Of a DNA stretch of 61,779 bases, positions 1 to 9,198 are shown in pieces. The DNA comes from a virus (taxonomy: Duplodnaviria; Caudoviricetes). The DNA lies in IMG/VR virus record IMGVR_UViG_3300023246_000570, positions 1 through 61,779 of that record; one strand, given 5' to 3'. The notes under the pieces are model-generated. The model saw only the letters and a list, made by a program, of their open reading frames with translations, did no database searches and had not been told where the DNA came from. A program made the translations under genes and the position numbers. Numbering within the stretch: position 1 is the first letter of the stretch; each line of letters starts with the position of its first letter.

Positions 1-45
1 AAAGTAAAAATAAAAACAATAAAGAAAAACGAAAAGTCAGTTTGG

Positions 46-300
46 ATGTTAGTACTTTTTGAAGACAAAGTATTACTAAGAGTAAAAGAACATTTACCAA
101 AATCAATGGTAAACAAAGAGATTGATGGAGAGTTATCAGGAAATGATTTACGTGTAGTTCTCCCATCGGGATTTACAATGGTACTTGAAAACGCTAAAAT
201 AAGACATTTGGAACAATCAGAGTACGATAAGTTTTTGGTAGAACATCCAAAGTATAAATTTCAAATTGATAACTACGTCAGGTGGTTTAAGAGCAAATGA
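46..300 (+). CDS. Hypothetical protein
   Basis: ORF coupled to the next gene by an ATGA overlap; it may start upstream of the window. Confidence 0.5.
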   Translation: MLVLFEDKVLLRVKEHLPKSMVNKEIDGELSGNDLRVVLPSGFTMVLENAKIRHLEQSEYDKFLVEHPKYKFQIDNYVRWFKSK

Positions 301-596
301 CACATTCTTACACCTCTTGGGGAGAACAAATACAAAGAAGCGTAATAGATAGAAATATCCGTGAAGCTAAACAAAGAAAGCTGGATGAGTTTTTAGAAGA
401 GCATGATTATTATTTCTGTGAAGACTGCAAAGAGAACAAGCCAGAGAAAATAGATTGCTCTCACAATTTGAGTGTAGCAGATTGTCATAAGAACTCGTGT
501 ATTGAATTGGCTTGGGATGTGGAAAATATTAAGCTACGCCATAGGAGTTGCCATAGAAAAAAAGATAGGTCAGGCTTGCATTTTAGCAATAATTAA
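297..596 (+). CDS. HNH/NinG-like Zn-binding nuclease
   Basis: CxxC, then DCSH ... LAWDVENI ... SCH, a His-Me finger-like pattern. Confidence 0.6.
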   Translation: MTHSYTSWGEQIQRSVIDRNIREAKQRKLDEFLEEHDYYFCEDCKENKPEKIDCSHNLSVADCHKNSCIELAWDVENIKLRHRSCHRKKDRSGLHFSNN

Positions 597-897
597 TCTG
601 TTTAAACTCAAAGTTTCTTTTATGCAGATGATATACTTCAAAGATATTTCTCCACAGCATAAATTCTAATTTTTTATGAGTAAAGATTACTGTTCCTTGA
701 TCTATAATTATTAACTCTCCGGATACTGTAGCATACTTATAATTGCCTTTAAACTTTTCTATATTTTTTATCGAGATAATCTTAGATAGCGTTTTCTTTT
801 CCTCTTCAAACCTTATCGCCCTAATTACTCTCTGTATTCTAAGTGTTCTTTTAGAAGGCGTGTCTTTTATATCTATCCAGGCTAATTGCTTATTCAT
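583..897 (-). CDS. Hypothetical protein
   Basis: ORF abutting the upstream gene in the leftward operon. Confidence 0.55.
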   Translation of the reverse strand: MNKQLAWIDIKDTPSKRTLRIQRVIRAIRFEEEKKTLSKIISIKNIEKFKGNYKYATVSGELIIIDQGTVIFTHKKLEFMLWRNIFEVYHLHKRNFEFKQINYC

Positions 898-1175
898 TAT
901 TTTAAGATTTTAGATATTGTTGATGGACTTACATTTAATATATAAGCTATTTTTTCTTGTGATATTTTATGTCCTTTGATTCTTAGCTTGGCAATCTTCT
1001 TTGCTAATTTTTTATCTTCTTGTGGTATTCTTGTGCTTGTTAAACGTATTTCTTTTTCAAATTCTGTTAGGTAATCATCTATTGCATAATACAAAAGTTT
1101 AGCACTCTTTACTCTATTAGATACTTCAATTATTCTTAGAGCTGTTTGTTTTTTTGACATAGTGTTAGATAGCAT
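897..1175 (-). CDS. Small protein with C-terminal helix-turn-helix
   Basis: C-terminus SQEKIAYILNVSPSTISKIL fits an HTH. Confidence 0.6.
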   Translation of the reverse strand: MLSNTMSKKQTALRIIEVSNRVKSAKLLYYAIDDYLTEFEKEIRLTSTRIPQEDKKLAKKIAKLRIKGHKISQEKIAYILNVSPSTISKILK

Positions 1176-1680
1176 TTAATTTACGTTCAACAGTACATAT
1201 AGTATCGTTATGGCTTCCTCCATGTGCAACTAACAGTATTTCTATTATTTCAAAACCCCTTACTTTGCCGACACCGGAACTATTCCAACCAAATGATATT
1301 ACAATTCCACCAGGTTTTATAATTCTTGATATTTCGTCAATGTGTTTTCTTCTCCAGCTACTTTGCGTTGTTTCTCTTGTTACTGGAATGCCTACATTTT
1401 TGTAACATTCAGACACCTGCCTTAATGAATATGGTGGGTCGTAAAATACAATGTCTTTTGAATTGTCATCAAATAGTTTTAAAAACTCAACAGCATCTAA
1501 ATTGTAATCTGTATTATATTCAGAATTTAAGTCATTTGTTATTTTTGCTATTCTGTTTTTATTTGCAAATGGGTCTATGCTTTCAAAGTTAAACTTATTA
1601 TATCTCCAAATAAGTCTACTTATACATTTAATATCAAATGTATTTGAATTTGGCATCGCCCATATTCTGTTAAATTCCAT
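1165..1680 (-). CDS. Small adenine-specific DNA methyltransferase
   Basis: SIDPFAN motif-I-like segment, catalytic DPPY, and the WAMPN N-terminus and AHGGSHNDTI C-terminus typical of this phage MTase family. Confidence 0.8.
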   Translation of the reverse strand: MEFNRIWAMPNSNTFDIKCISRLIWRYNKFNFESIDPFANKNRIAKITNDLNSEYNTDYNLDAVEFLKLFDDNSKDIVFYDPPYSLRQVSECYKNVGIPVTRETTQSSWRRKHIDEISRIIKPGGIVISFGWNSSGVGKVRGFEIIEILLVAHGGSHNDTICTVERKLNAI

Positions 1681-1697
1681 AATCTTACTATTTATGA

Positions 1698-2123
1698 CTA
1701 TCTCCTATAAACAAAGCACCCTTGATTTTCAGGACAACATGTATTAGGAGATATATTAACATTCTTTTTTTTTACTTCACAATACCCATCTTCTCTATCA
1801 AGAGCAATACAATCATTACAGCTACAATCAATTTTATGACATTCGCTTGCTTCGTATTTTTTAGACTCTAAAAGCAAGTCTTTACGGATAGGCTTCCAAA
1901 TAAATGGTGTCCAGTATCCTACTTTAACTCCGATTGTATCTCTTGTCAGCACCTCTCCTGACTCACAGCAAATATTAGATGGTTTCCAGTATTTGTGCTG
2001 TCCATGTTCAAAGAACTGCTCTCTGTCTTTTTTTTGTTTTATCCATTGCTTGTAGAAGTCTTCTAAGTTTTCTGCGAAGCAGGCTTGTATGAAATGGTCT
2101 CTTTCTTTCATGCTATTTTTCAC
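1698..2123 (-). CDS. Cys-rich hypothetical protein
   Basis: Many Cys pairs; its TAG stop lies inside a copy of the dispersed motif. Confidence 0.6.
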   Translation of the reverse strand: MKNSMKERDHFIQACFAENLEDFYKQWIKQKKDREQFFEHGQHKYWKPSNICCESGEVLTRDTIGVKVGYWTPFIWKPIRKDLLLESKKYEASECHKIDCSCNDCIALDREDGYCEVKKKNVNISPNTCCPENQGCFVYRR

Positions 2124-2267
2124 TATTTCGTAAAATCATTAAGTCTTGAAATTTTTTAGTTACCACATATAGTCTTGTCTTACACTCTGGACATTTGAAT
2201 TTGCATTTGTCGTCTATTGTAAATTCTATTTTGCATTTTCTACAGTAGAGTTTCATCCGAGATAGTG

Positions 2268-2546
2268 TTAGATAGCATGATGAATACATCCAAATTTTTC
2301 ACTCGTTACCAATAAGTATCTGCTTTTTTCTGCTTTCCCAATTGGCACATCTTTGTTTTGACTTTCAAATCTGCTTACCCCCATGTGTTTATCAGTAATA
2401 TTTCCTCTGTCTAATACACATACATCTGAATAGTTTGTTGTTTCAAACTTCCATTTATAACAAGTACATATACCCGAAAACTGACTATATCCAAGTTCTG
2501 CTTGTTGATTTTTCCAATGACTACATGTCTTACATAGTTTTTTCAT
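2268..2546 (-). CDS. Cys-rich hypothetical protein (start revised to MKKLCKTC)
   Basis: ATG at 2546 follows an A-rich leader; the gene is flanked by inverted motif copies at 2259 and 2557. Confidence 0.6.
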   Translation of the reverse strand: MKKLCKTCSHWKNQQAELGYSQFSGICTCYKWKFETTNYSDVCVLDRGNITDKHMGVSRFESQNKDVPIGKAEKSRYLLVTSEKFGCIHHAI

Positions 2547-2578
2547 AATTCTAATTTTATTTAACACTATTTCAAATC

Positions 2579-2866
2579 CTAAAAAATCTTCACAACCAAA
2601 CTATCATTAGGATAGTACTTTAATTCTTCTTCACGTAACAAGTTATCTATAACTAAATCTTGATACTTTATTACTTGTCCATCTTTCATTCTTTCAAAGT
2701 CCTGTTCGTATAATTCTTTTTCTAATTCAAAGTTCTCATCTTTGAGGTATTTTACTTTCTCCACTTCTATTACGTATCTGTTGTACTGCCTGTTTGTTGA
2801 TATTGTTAATATTATACAGATAACAAAGAGCATTAATATTAATATGTATGTATGTAGTATTTTCAT
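2579..2866 (-). CDS. Membrane-anchored coiled-coil hypothetical protein
   Basis: N-terminal hydrophobic helix followed by a heptad-rich region. Confidence 0.6.
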   Translation of the reverse strand: MKILHTYILILMLFVICIILTISTNRQYNRYVIEVEKVKYLKDENFELEKELYEQDFERMKDGQVIKYQDLVIDNLLREEELKYYPNDSLVVKIF

Positions 2867-2877
2867 TTGAGATAGTG

Positions 2878-3096
2878 TTAATTAGCATTCATAAATTCTT
2901 TTTTAGTTGGTATTTTATATTTTGGATGACATATTTCAACCTCTGATACTTTGTGTTTTTTAGCACACTCCTTGCATATTGGCTGATTTGTTCTCCAATG
3001 CCAAAATTTTGTCTTATTGCCACAATTAAAGTAGCAGTTTTCATAAACTCCTAATTCCTCAAAATGTTCTTTCGGTTCTTCTACTAATGGTATCAT
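2878..3096 (-). CDS. Zn-finger-like hypothetical protein
   Basis: CxxxC ... CxxC pattern; the stop lies inside a motif copy. Confidence 0.55.
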   Translation of the reverse strand: MIPLVEEPKEHFEELGVYENCYFNCGNKTKFWHWRTNQPICKECAKKHKVSEVEICHPKYKIPTKKEFMNAN

Positions 3097-3263
3097 AATT
3101 TTTATTTAATTTTGTTAATCTTTAGGTATTTTAAAAATCCTTTCCAACACTCATCACACATATAATAATCTGAATTTGGTTTATCTTCATTCTTAACAGA
3201 CCTTAATTTTCCTTTATTGGACTTACATCCTGTTACACTACATTTCACAATATTCTATTTTTA

Positions 3264-3479
3264 CTATTTATGACTATTTCCTATAAAAAATCTTTCTACA
3301 CCAACAACAGAATTAAACAACACCTTTTTACCAAATATCAAATAAACTTTATTACTTGTCATACAGAACGTACCATTCTTAATACTACGCTTGATTTTTC
3401 GCAACTCACGTTTTGAAACATCCATTTTGTCGCTTACGTCTATTCCCATTTTGTGGGATATTGTTATTCTAATTTTCAT
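3264..3479 (-). CDS. Hypothetical protein
   Basis: ORF in the leftward operon; its last codons (NSHK*) are the dispersed motif itself. Confidence 0.5.
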   Translation of the reverse strand: MKIRITISHKMGIDVSDKMDVSKRELRKIKRSIKNGTFCMTSNKVYLIFGKKVLFNSVVGVERFFIGNSHK

Positions 3480-3480
3480 A

Positions 3481-3702
3481 TTAATAAATTTGTTTTACTT
3501 TTACAAGTCCTATATTAGTAGGAATGCCAATCCAAACTAAAAACTTTCTCCAACAATTATGCTTGTATGCTCTCAATACGAGTAATCCAACATCATCTGA
3601 TGCCATTATAACATCTCCTTTCACTACATACTTTGAATTTAACTGTATTTTAAATGTCTCATAATGCGAGACGATTCTACCTGCGTTTATTGTTTTATTC
3701 AT
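3481..3702 (-). CDS. Hypothetical protein (start probably MNKTIN)
   Basis: ATG immediately after the motif copy at 3704-3720. Confidence 0.5.
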   Translation of the reverse strand: MNKTINAGRIVSHYETFKIQLNSKYVVKGDVIMASDDVGLLVLRAYKHNCWRKFLVWIGIPTNIGLVKVKQIY

Positions 3703-3713
3703 GCTATTTATCA

Positions 3714-3929
3714 CTATTTCAGATTAATAATCTCTTTATACCTATACTGTTTCATATCATAAGATATAGCCCAACAATCTTCTCTTGTAAAGATTCTACT
3801 GCCTTCACATATACTATCAGCTTGTTCTTGCGTTTCTACAAATCCATGTGGCATATATCCACGTGCAGAGTCAATCGCATTTTCTAATTGGTTAATCCAA
3901 ATCTTTTCTATTAAATATATTGTTTTCAT
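3714..3929 (-). CDS. Hypothetical protein
   Basis: ORF bounded by motif copies at 3704 and 3931. Confidence 0.6.
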   Translation of the reverse strand: MKTIYLIEKIWINQLENAIDSARGYMPHGFVETQEQADSICEGSRIFTREDCWAISYDMKQYRYKEIINLK

Positions 3930-4922
3930 ATTATTTATGACTATTTCAGAACAAAGATAAACACAATACTATTTAGAACAAAACTAAACTACACTATTTC
4001 GAATAATCATTTCTAATTATATTCTTTTTAAAAGCATCACAAGGAACAGACTTCCCACGATTAGAGCCAAAGTGATAAGTAACTTTATACACACTATACT
4101 CTTTACAGTCTCTGTAGTCTGAGCTACGAAACCAATTAACAACTGTGTTCCTGCTCAAGTGAAGCCTCTCTGACAATACTCCCAAGTCAGCGAATGTTTC
4201 ACATTTATTATCTTCTATAAGTACAAACATGAGAGCAAAGATAAGTAATTTAATTTTCAATAGACACATCTATCCGTGTTTTCTATGTCCATTATTCATA
4301 TAGTTATCAACAATTGATGGGGTGGCATGTTTTCAATCGGAAGTCCAATTATATAAGCCTATTGCTACTGACTGTAAATTAACGATATGTGTACTATTTA
4401 ACACTATCTCGGATAATTAAACTTAATTTAGTAGGAAGAGAAGGTAGTGGAGACAAAAACAATCTTGGGACAAATCAAGCATTCTAATTTTTTGTTTTTC
4501 GTTTAATCGTAGAACAGATACAGGTTTGGGAAATTAGAATTGATTGGGGCTAATTACAAGTGGTTGATAGACAAGGATGGCTATTCAAGACTATCTCGTA
4601 AAATTAGAATTAGAGTTCTTAATCTAAAAAGCTGGATTCTATGTGTAGGGGACTATTGCACGTACATGAGGGGGTGCACCCTTCTAAATCGGAAGTGAGA
4701 TTACACAATTGCAATATGCTCAATGATGTTTTTTCAACTCTTGCATATTGGCTGTTATTGGTTGTATTCAGTCTCTATGTGGTTGCTCAACTCCATATGC
4801 TTGGAGTATTTGAGTTCTATCTGTGTAGTTGGCTTGGTTGCTCTGCTGTGTGGGAGATAACTGCACATAATTAACAAACAATCGTTATGTATTAAGAATA
4901 GGGGAGGGGCAATTATAAACCT

Positions 4923-4950
4923 ATTTAACATAATATAAATTATAAGACTG
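4923..4950 (-). other. dif-like XerC/XerD recombination site
   Basis: Minus strand reads CAGTCTTATAA-TTTATA-TTATGTTAAAT: an exact canonical XerD arm, a 6-bp spacer and a XerC-like arm ending in ATAA. Confidence 0.75.
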
Positions 4951-5099
4951 AATATTGCAGGTTAATGCAGTCCATAGAAACGAGCCACCAGCCCAGAACT
5001 ATTGACCATTGTAAACTATACAGTTAAACAGATTGAAGAGCCTGAACAAACTGATAGTTATATTTATATATGTGTGATTGTGCTATATTAACCCAATAT

Positions 5100-5670
5100 T
5101 ACCCAATTACTTTTTTATTCTAATTCTAATTTACACAATCTAATTCTAATTTCAGTTCAACAATTAGTTTTAGATTTATATTTAATTTGTCTTCTCTCTT
5201 GTGTCTCTATCCTTGTTCAATTCAAATACTATTATTATCCGAAATAGTCATAATTAGCTAAATTCAGCATTAAAAGCACTTAACACAACAGAATCGGCTT
5301 CACACGGTAACGTTTAAGCAAAGAACTCAACTGGGTTGATATGCTACGACCTTCTAATTTTACCCTTGCTTAAATCTAATTTAATTCTTTGCTCTTTGGT
5401 ATTAGTTATTATATAAGCTATTCTAATTTAATCTAATTCTAATTTTCTGACATAGTCATAAATAGTAAGTTACACAATTCTAATTCTAATTAGCATTTAT
5501 TCTAATTTCTAATTTAGTTTAATTTTGTTCTAAAATTAGAAGTTAGTCTAATTTAATGACGTCTTAAACAGCTTATTCTTATTTAGACTAAATATAAACA
5601 AGGACATTAGTCTGTATCTTATTAATTAATAATATCTTACACTATGTCAGAAAATTAGAATATTGCTTGT
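5100..5670. repeat. AT-rich non-coding tract with clustered (A)ATTCTAATT repeats at the leftward/rightward transcription divergence
   Basis: TTCTAATT/AATTAGAA recurs around 5118, 5143, 5421, 5438, 5478, 5500, 5534 and 5653; no plausible ORF. Confidence 0.6.
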
Positions 5671-5731
5671 TTTCGCTTTAGTCCTGTATTATCTTTATGG
5701 AGTCATAAGACATTAATTAAAACTTTGCAAA

Positions 5732-6076
5732 ATGAAAAGGACATATAAAAATTTAAACAGTTTAGCCAAAAACGTACAACAATTAAGCGTTCAACAATTA
5801 ATCAATAAAAGAGCCTACTTTAATACAGGCGTAAACGGGTATGATTATTTTAACTTTGAGTTAACCGACGACCTTATTAATGATATAGTTGATATTTTAG
5901 GCGGAACTTCAAGAACTAAAGAAAACATATTTTATACATTAAAAAATAATACTCCTCAACATTGGGGATTAGGTAGAATATTTTATAGCGAAACAACAAA
6001 GCGTTTTTCTTATTGTGCCGGACAAGACTATCCAGCAGAACTCAATCAAATAAGAACATTTTTAAGAAACTATTAA
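5732..6076 (+). CDS. Early-region hypothetical protein
   Basis: First rightward ORF, with AAAACTTTGCAAAATG leader. Confidence 0.75.
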   Translation: MKRTYKNLNSLAKNVQQLSVQQLINKRAYFNTGVNGYDYFNFELTDDLINDIVDILGGTSRTKENIFYTLKNNTPQHWGLGRIFYSETTKRFSYCAGQDYPAELNQIRTFLRNY

Positions 6077-6173
6077 TACATAGCCTGTAATCAATTTAAA
6101 CCACCTCCGACTGAAACAAATCGGAGGTTTTGGTAGTAGAAGGCAATAATGCCATCATTTAAAAACTTGCAAA

Positions 6174-6437
6174 ATGAGAACATTTAGTTTATTATCCGAC
6201 AATAAAAAGACTTTAACAAATTGTATTGTTATTGAAAACATAAATAGTTTATTTGAGACTATTTCAGAACTTAAAAGCTATAACACAACTGTAGCAAAAT
6301 ATAATCATGATACTAATAAAATGCAAGTATTCGGTTATTACTCACTTACAACAGCAAAACACATTAATTCATTTTTAAAATTTTACGGTTTTGATAAATG
6401 TACTAAAACTCAATTGAAAAATTATAATAGCCTGTAA
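6174..6437 (+). CDS. Early-region hypothetical protein (SYNT.VA...YSxTTxKH family)
   Basis: LKSYNTTVA and GYYSLTTAKHI motifs, seen in small early phage proteins. Confidence 0.7.
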   Translation: MRTFSLLSDNKKTLTNCIVIENINSLFETISELKSYNTTVAKYNHDTNKMQVFGYYSLTTAKHINSFLKFYGFDKCTKTQLKNYNSL

Positions 6438-6554
6438 TGTTTGCAAAGTTCATTACAGAGCTTTGTGCCTCCTTTCCTTCGGGTTAGGAGGTTTTACAAG
6501 TAGAAAAAGGATTTTTTGAAATAGTCATAAATAATAATTAAAAACTTTGAAATT

Positions 6555-7049
6555 ATGAAAACAATTGAAATTAAACTTTACAAATTTAGCGAACTATCAA
6601 AAGAAGCAAAACAAAAAGCCATTACAGAGCTTTGTGATATTAATGTAAATTATGACTGGCGGGAATCTTCTTATGAAGATGCAAAAAATATCGGATTAAA
6701 AATTACTGGTTTTGATCTTGACAGGGAAGGTTATTGTAATGGTGAATTTTTACTATCGGCTAACGAAGTATGCCAAAATATTTTCAATGAACATGGGGAA
6801 ATGTGCGAAACTTACAAAACTGCTGAAAGTTTCATGGAAGAATGGCAACCGGTATTTAACGAATATATGAGAACAGAAGAAGGGGAGGACGAATTACTGA
6901 AATTAGAAAATGATTTTTTAAAAAGCATTTTAAAAAATTATTATATACTTTTATCAGGAGAATATGATTATAGAGGAAGTGAAAAGGCAATAATTGAAAC
7001 TATTGAAACAAATGAGTATGATTTTACCGAAGATGGCAAATTATATTAA
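6555..7049 (+). CDS. Acidic early phage protein (YKFSELS...NEYDFTEDG family)
   Basis: Recognisable termini of a widespread uncharacterised phage family; flanked by motif copies at 6518 and about 7050. Confidence 0.75.
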   Translation: MKTIEIKLYKFSELSKEAKQKAITELCDINVNYDWRESSYEDAKNIGLKITGFDLDREGYCNGEFLLSANEVCQNIFNEHGEMCETYKTAESFMEEWQPVFNEYMRTEEGEDELLKLENDFLKSILKNYYILLSGEYDYRGSEKAIIETIETNEYDFTEDGKLY

Positions 7050-7099
7050 TTAACACTATTACGTAAAAGAATTATAAACAATATTAAAACTTTGCAAAA

Positions 7100-7228
7100 A
7101 TGAAAACTTTAGAAATTGAAATACTACAAACAAAAAAAGAAATTGCTTTAATAAAATTAAGAACTGTATTATATTTAATGTTAACTTTTGTTGTTAGTGT
7201 TAGTATATTTTATTATAATATGAAATAG
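7100..7228 (+). CDS. Small membrane protein (42 aa), not in the ORF track
   Basis: AACTTTGCAAAAATG leader, hydrophobic C-half, TAG inside a motif copy. Confidence 0.55.
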   Translation: MKTLEIEILQTKKEIALIKLRTVLYLMLTFVVSVSIFYYNMK

Positions 7229-7254
7229 TCATAAATAATTTAAAAATTAAAGAT

Positions 7255-7413
7255 ATGAAAACAATAGTTTATTTAAACGGAGAAAAACATTCCGCATGGT
7301 ATAGCAAAGCGGAAGCAATTAAACAAATGGAAGTTTTAGGTAATAATGGTTACAGTAATTTTCATTATGATTTTATAGATCATAATTATGAAAACGGACA
7401 TTATTTTATTTGA
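7255..7413 (+). CDS. Small hypothetical protein (52 aa), not in the ORF track
   Basis: AAAGATATG leader; lies between motif copies at 7222 and about 7412. Confidence 0.55.
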   Translation: MKTIVYLNGEKHSAWYSKAEAIKQMEVLGNNGYSNFHYDFIDHNYENGHYFI

Positions 7414-7555
7414 GACTATCTCATATAAAAACACTTCGCTGTTAAAATAGAAACTCCGAAATAATAAAGAGTACAGTTGCAATTACTGTTACAGCGACAA
7501 AGGGAAAGCCAGACACCCTAAAAAAGAAGGCAATAATTTAAAAAACTTTGAAATT

Positions 7556-8083
7556 ATGAACGATTTAGAAAGAGAACTACAAAAAACAGTTGAGAACTGG
7601 CAAAACTCTACATTTAACCATATTCAGTTAAATGTAGTTACTAAATGCTTAGATGATGAACTTATTGAGTATATTGAAAGCCTTGACAGTCCAGAGAAGC
7701 GTAAAGACTTTATTAATGATTATTCTTTAGTAAATGAATTTGAAGAGTATTGTAATGATAATGACCTTGACAAAGAAGACGAAAACTCAACAGTTCAGTT
7801 TATCGAAAGTGAAAACGAAGATAATTATTATGAGTTTTGTAATAATGATAACTATCCAATGTGGAACACTCTATTTGAAACAAAATACAATGACGAAAGA
7901 ATTGGAGAAGCAGCTAAAAAAGTTGGTTGCGGAGTTATTGCAGGAAATGAGTATTTTGATACAACTATTTTTATGATGAGTTGCGGACATTCTTTTTATG
8001 CTTCTTATTGGATACCGATGTATTTAGAGCTGTATCCTGATGAAGCTGAAAAATATAAAAATGTAAAGTATGACCATTTGTAA
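7556..8083 (+). CDS. Acidic early hypothetical protein
   Basis: D/E-rich 175-aa ORF with AAACTTTGAAATTATG leader. Confidence 0.75.
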   Translation: MNDLERELQKTVENWQNSTFNHIQLNVVTKCLDDELIEYIESLDSPEKRKDFINDYSLVNEFEEYCNDNDLDKEDENSTVQFIESENEDNYYEFCNNDNYPMWNTLFETKYNDERIGEAAKKVGCGVIAGNEYFDTTIFMMSCGHSFYASYWIPMYLELYPDEAEKYKNVKYDHL

Positions 8084-8189
8084 ACTTCTTTTACCTCTAC
8101 CCCCTGCCTCGCTTCGTTAATTCGTTGGGAGGTATTGGGATTGAGAGTATTAAGATAATACGAAATAGTCATAAATAAAAACTAAAATT

Positions 8190-8486
8190 ATGCAGGTATA
8201 TATAAAAAAACCAATGTCTTTAATAAGAATAACTATTAAAAAATTAAGTGAAGAAACAAAGCGTATTACCCTGTGTGAAACTACACAAAAAGAAGTTTAT
8301 GTATTTATTAGAGACCTGATAGAGAAACAAAACATATCCACCTTTGCAAAAGGTAATCTTATAAATATTGAAATAAGAGAAGCGGAAGGAGGAAAAAATC
8401 TAAAATCTGTTAGTTTATCATTTAAGGGGTTAGATACATTGAGCGTGCAAGGGTTAATATTAAATGCCGTAACTCATACAGTATAA
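8190..8486 (+). CDS. Hypothetical protein
   Basis: ORF directly downstream of the motif copy at 8162. Confidence 0.65.
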   Translation: MQVYIKKPMSLIRITIKKLSEETKRITLCETTQKEVYVFIRDLIEKQNISTFAKGNLINIEIREAEGGKNLKSVSLSFKGLDTLSVQGLILNAVTHTV

Positions 8487-8551
8487 AATTATTAAACTTT
8501 ATATCATATAAATAATAAACACAAGTATAAACAAAACTAAAATTAAAGATT

Positions 8552-8839
8552 ATGAAACATACAAAAGGGATTTGGGAAAGAGGTACAAACACAGCTTCAA
8601 AAGAATGGATGCAGATATTCTGTAATAAAAAATTGATTGCAGAAGCAAAGCCATTGAATAAAAAAGGACAAAGACAGCCGAAAGACTTTGAAGAAGAAGA
8701 AGCAAATGCAAAATTATTAGCTTCTGCACCGAAATTATTAGAACAGTTAAATAGAATTGTTTTAGCAGTCGAAGAGGGAAATATTAATATAGACCATATT
8801 AATTATAGTAAAGACCTTATAAGACAAGCAACCGAATAA
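8552..8839 (+). CDS. Phage hypothetical protein (MKHTKGxW...ANAKLxAxAPxLL family)
   Basis: Characteristic N-terminus and EANAKLLASAPKLL motif. Confidence 0.75.
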   Translation: MKHTKGIWERGTNTASKEWMQIFCNKKLIAEAKPLNKKGQRQPKDFEEEEANAKLLASAPKLLEQLNRIVLAVEEGNINIDHINYSKDLIRQATE

Positions 8840-8967
8840 GCCCGTAAAGTTTGCAAAGTTCTTTACGGACTGCCCTGCTTAATTAAGTTTAAGTGGGGTT
8901 TGCGGTTGAAGGATGGTTTTATTATCCGAAATAGTCATAAATAATATTAATTAAATAAATTAAAGTT

Positions 8968-9198
8968 ATGGAAATAAAAAATGTAATATCAGACGAAGAG
9001 TTAGAAAACAGGTTGGTAGCCTTACGGAAAGATAATTGGAAAATTGACAATATGGCAAAAGGTTTAAGTGGAAACGCTAAACAGATTGTAGACAATTGGT
9101 TTGATGCTACAAGATTAATGTTATTAAGAATGCTTAAGGTTAAAGAAAATGATAAATATAATTTTGTTTATCATGACTTGGAAAACGAACCTATTTAA
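8968..9198 (+). CDS. Hypothetical protein
   Basis: ORF flanked by inverted motif copies (8928 forward, 9191 reverse). Confidence 0.65.
   Translation: MEIKNVISDEELENRLVALRKDNWKIDNMAKGLSGNAKQIVDNWFDATRLMLLRMLKVKENDKYNFVYHDLENEPI

Noticed and set aside
4641-4874. 77-aa ORF in the divergence region
   Set aside because: Atypical composition and no A-rich leader; probably non-coding.
7436-7497. True tRNA gene
   Set aside because: Too short, with no D arm or anticodon arm and no TTCRA motif; kept only as a tRNA-like candidate.
8037-8060. Second hammerhead at CTGATGAAG
   Set aside because: It lies inside a CDS and lacks the stems and GAAA/GTC geometry.
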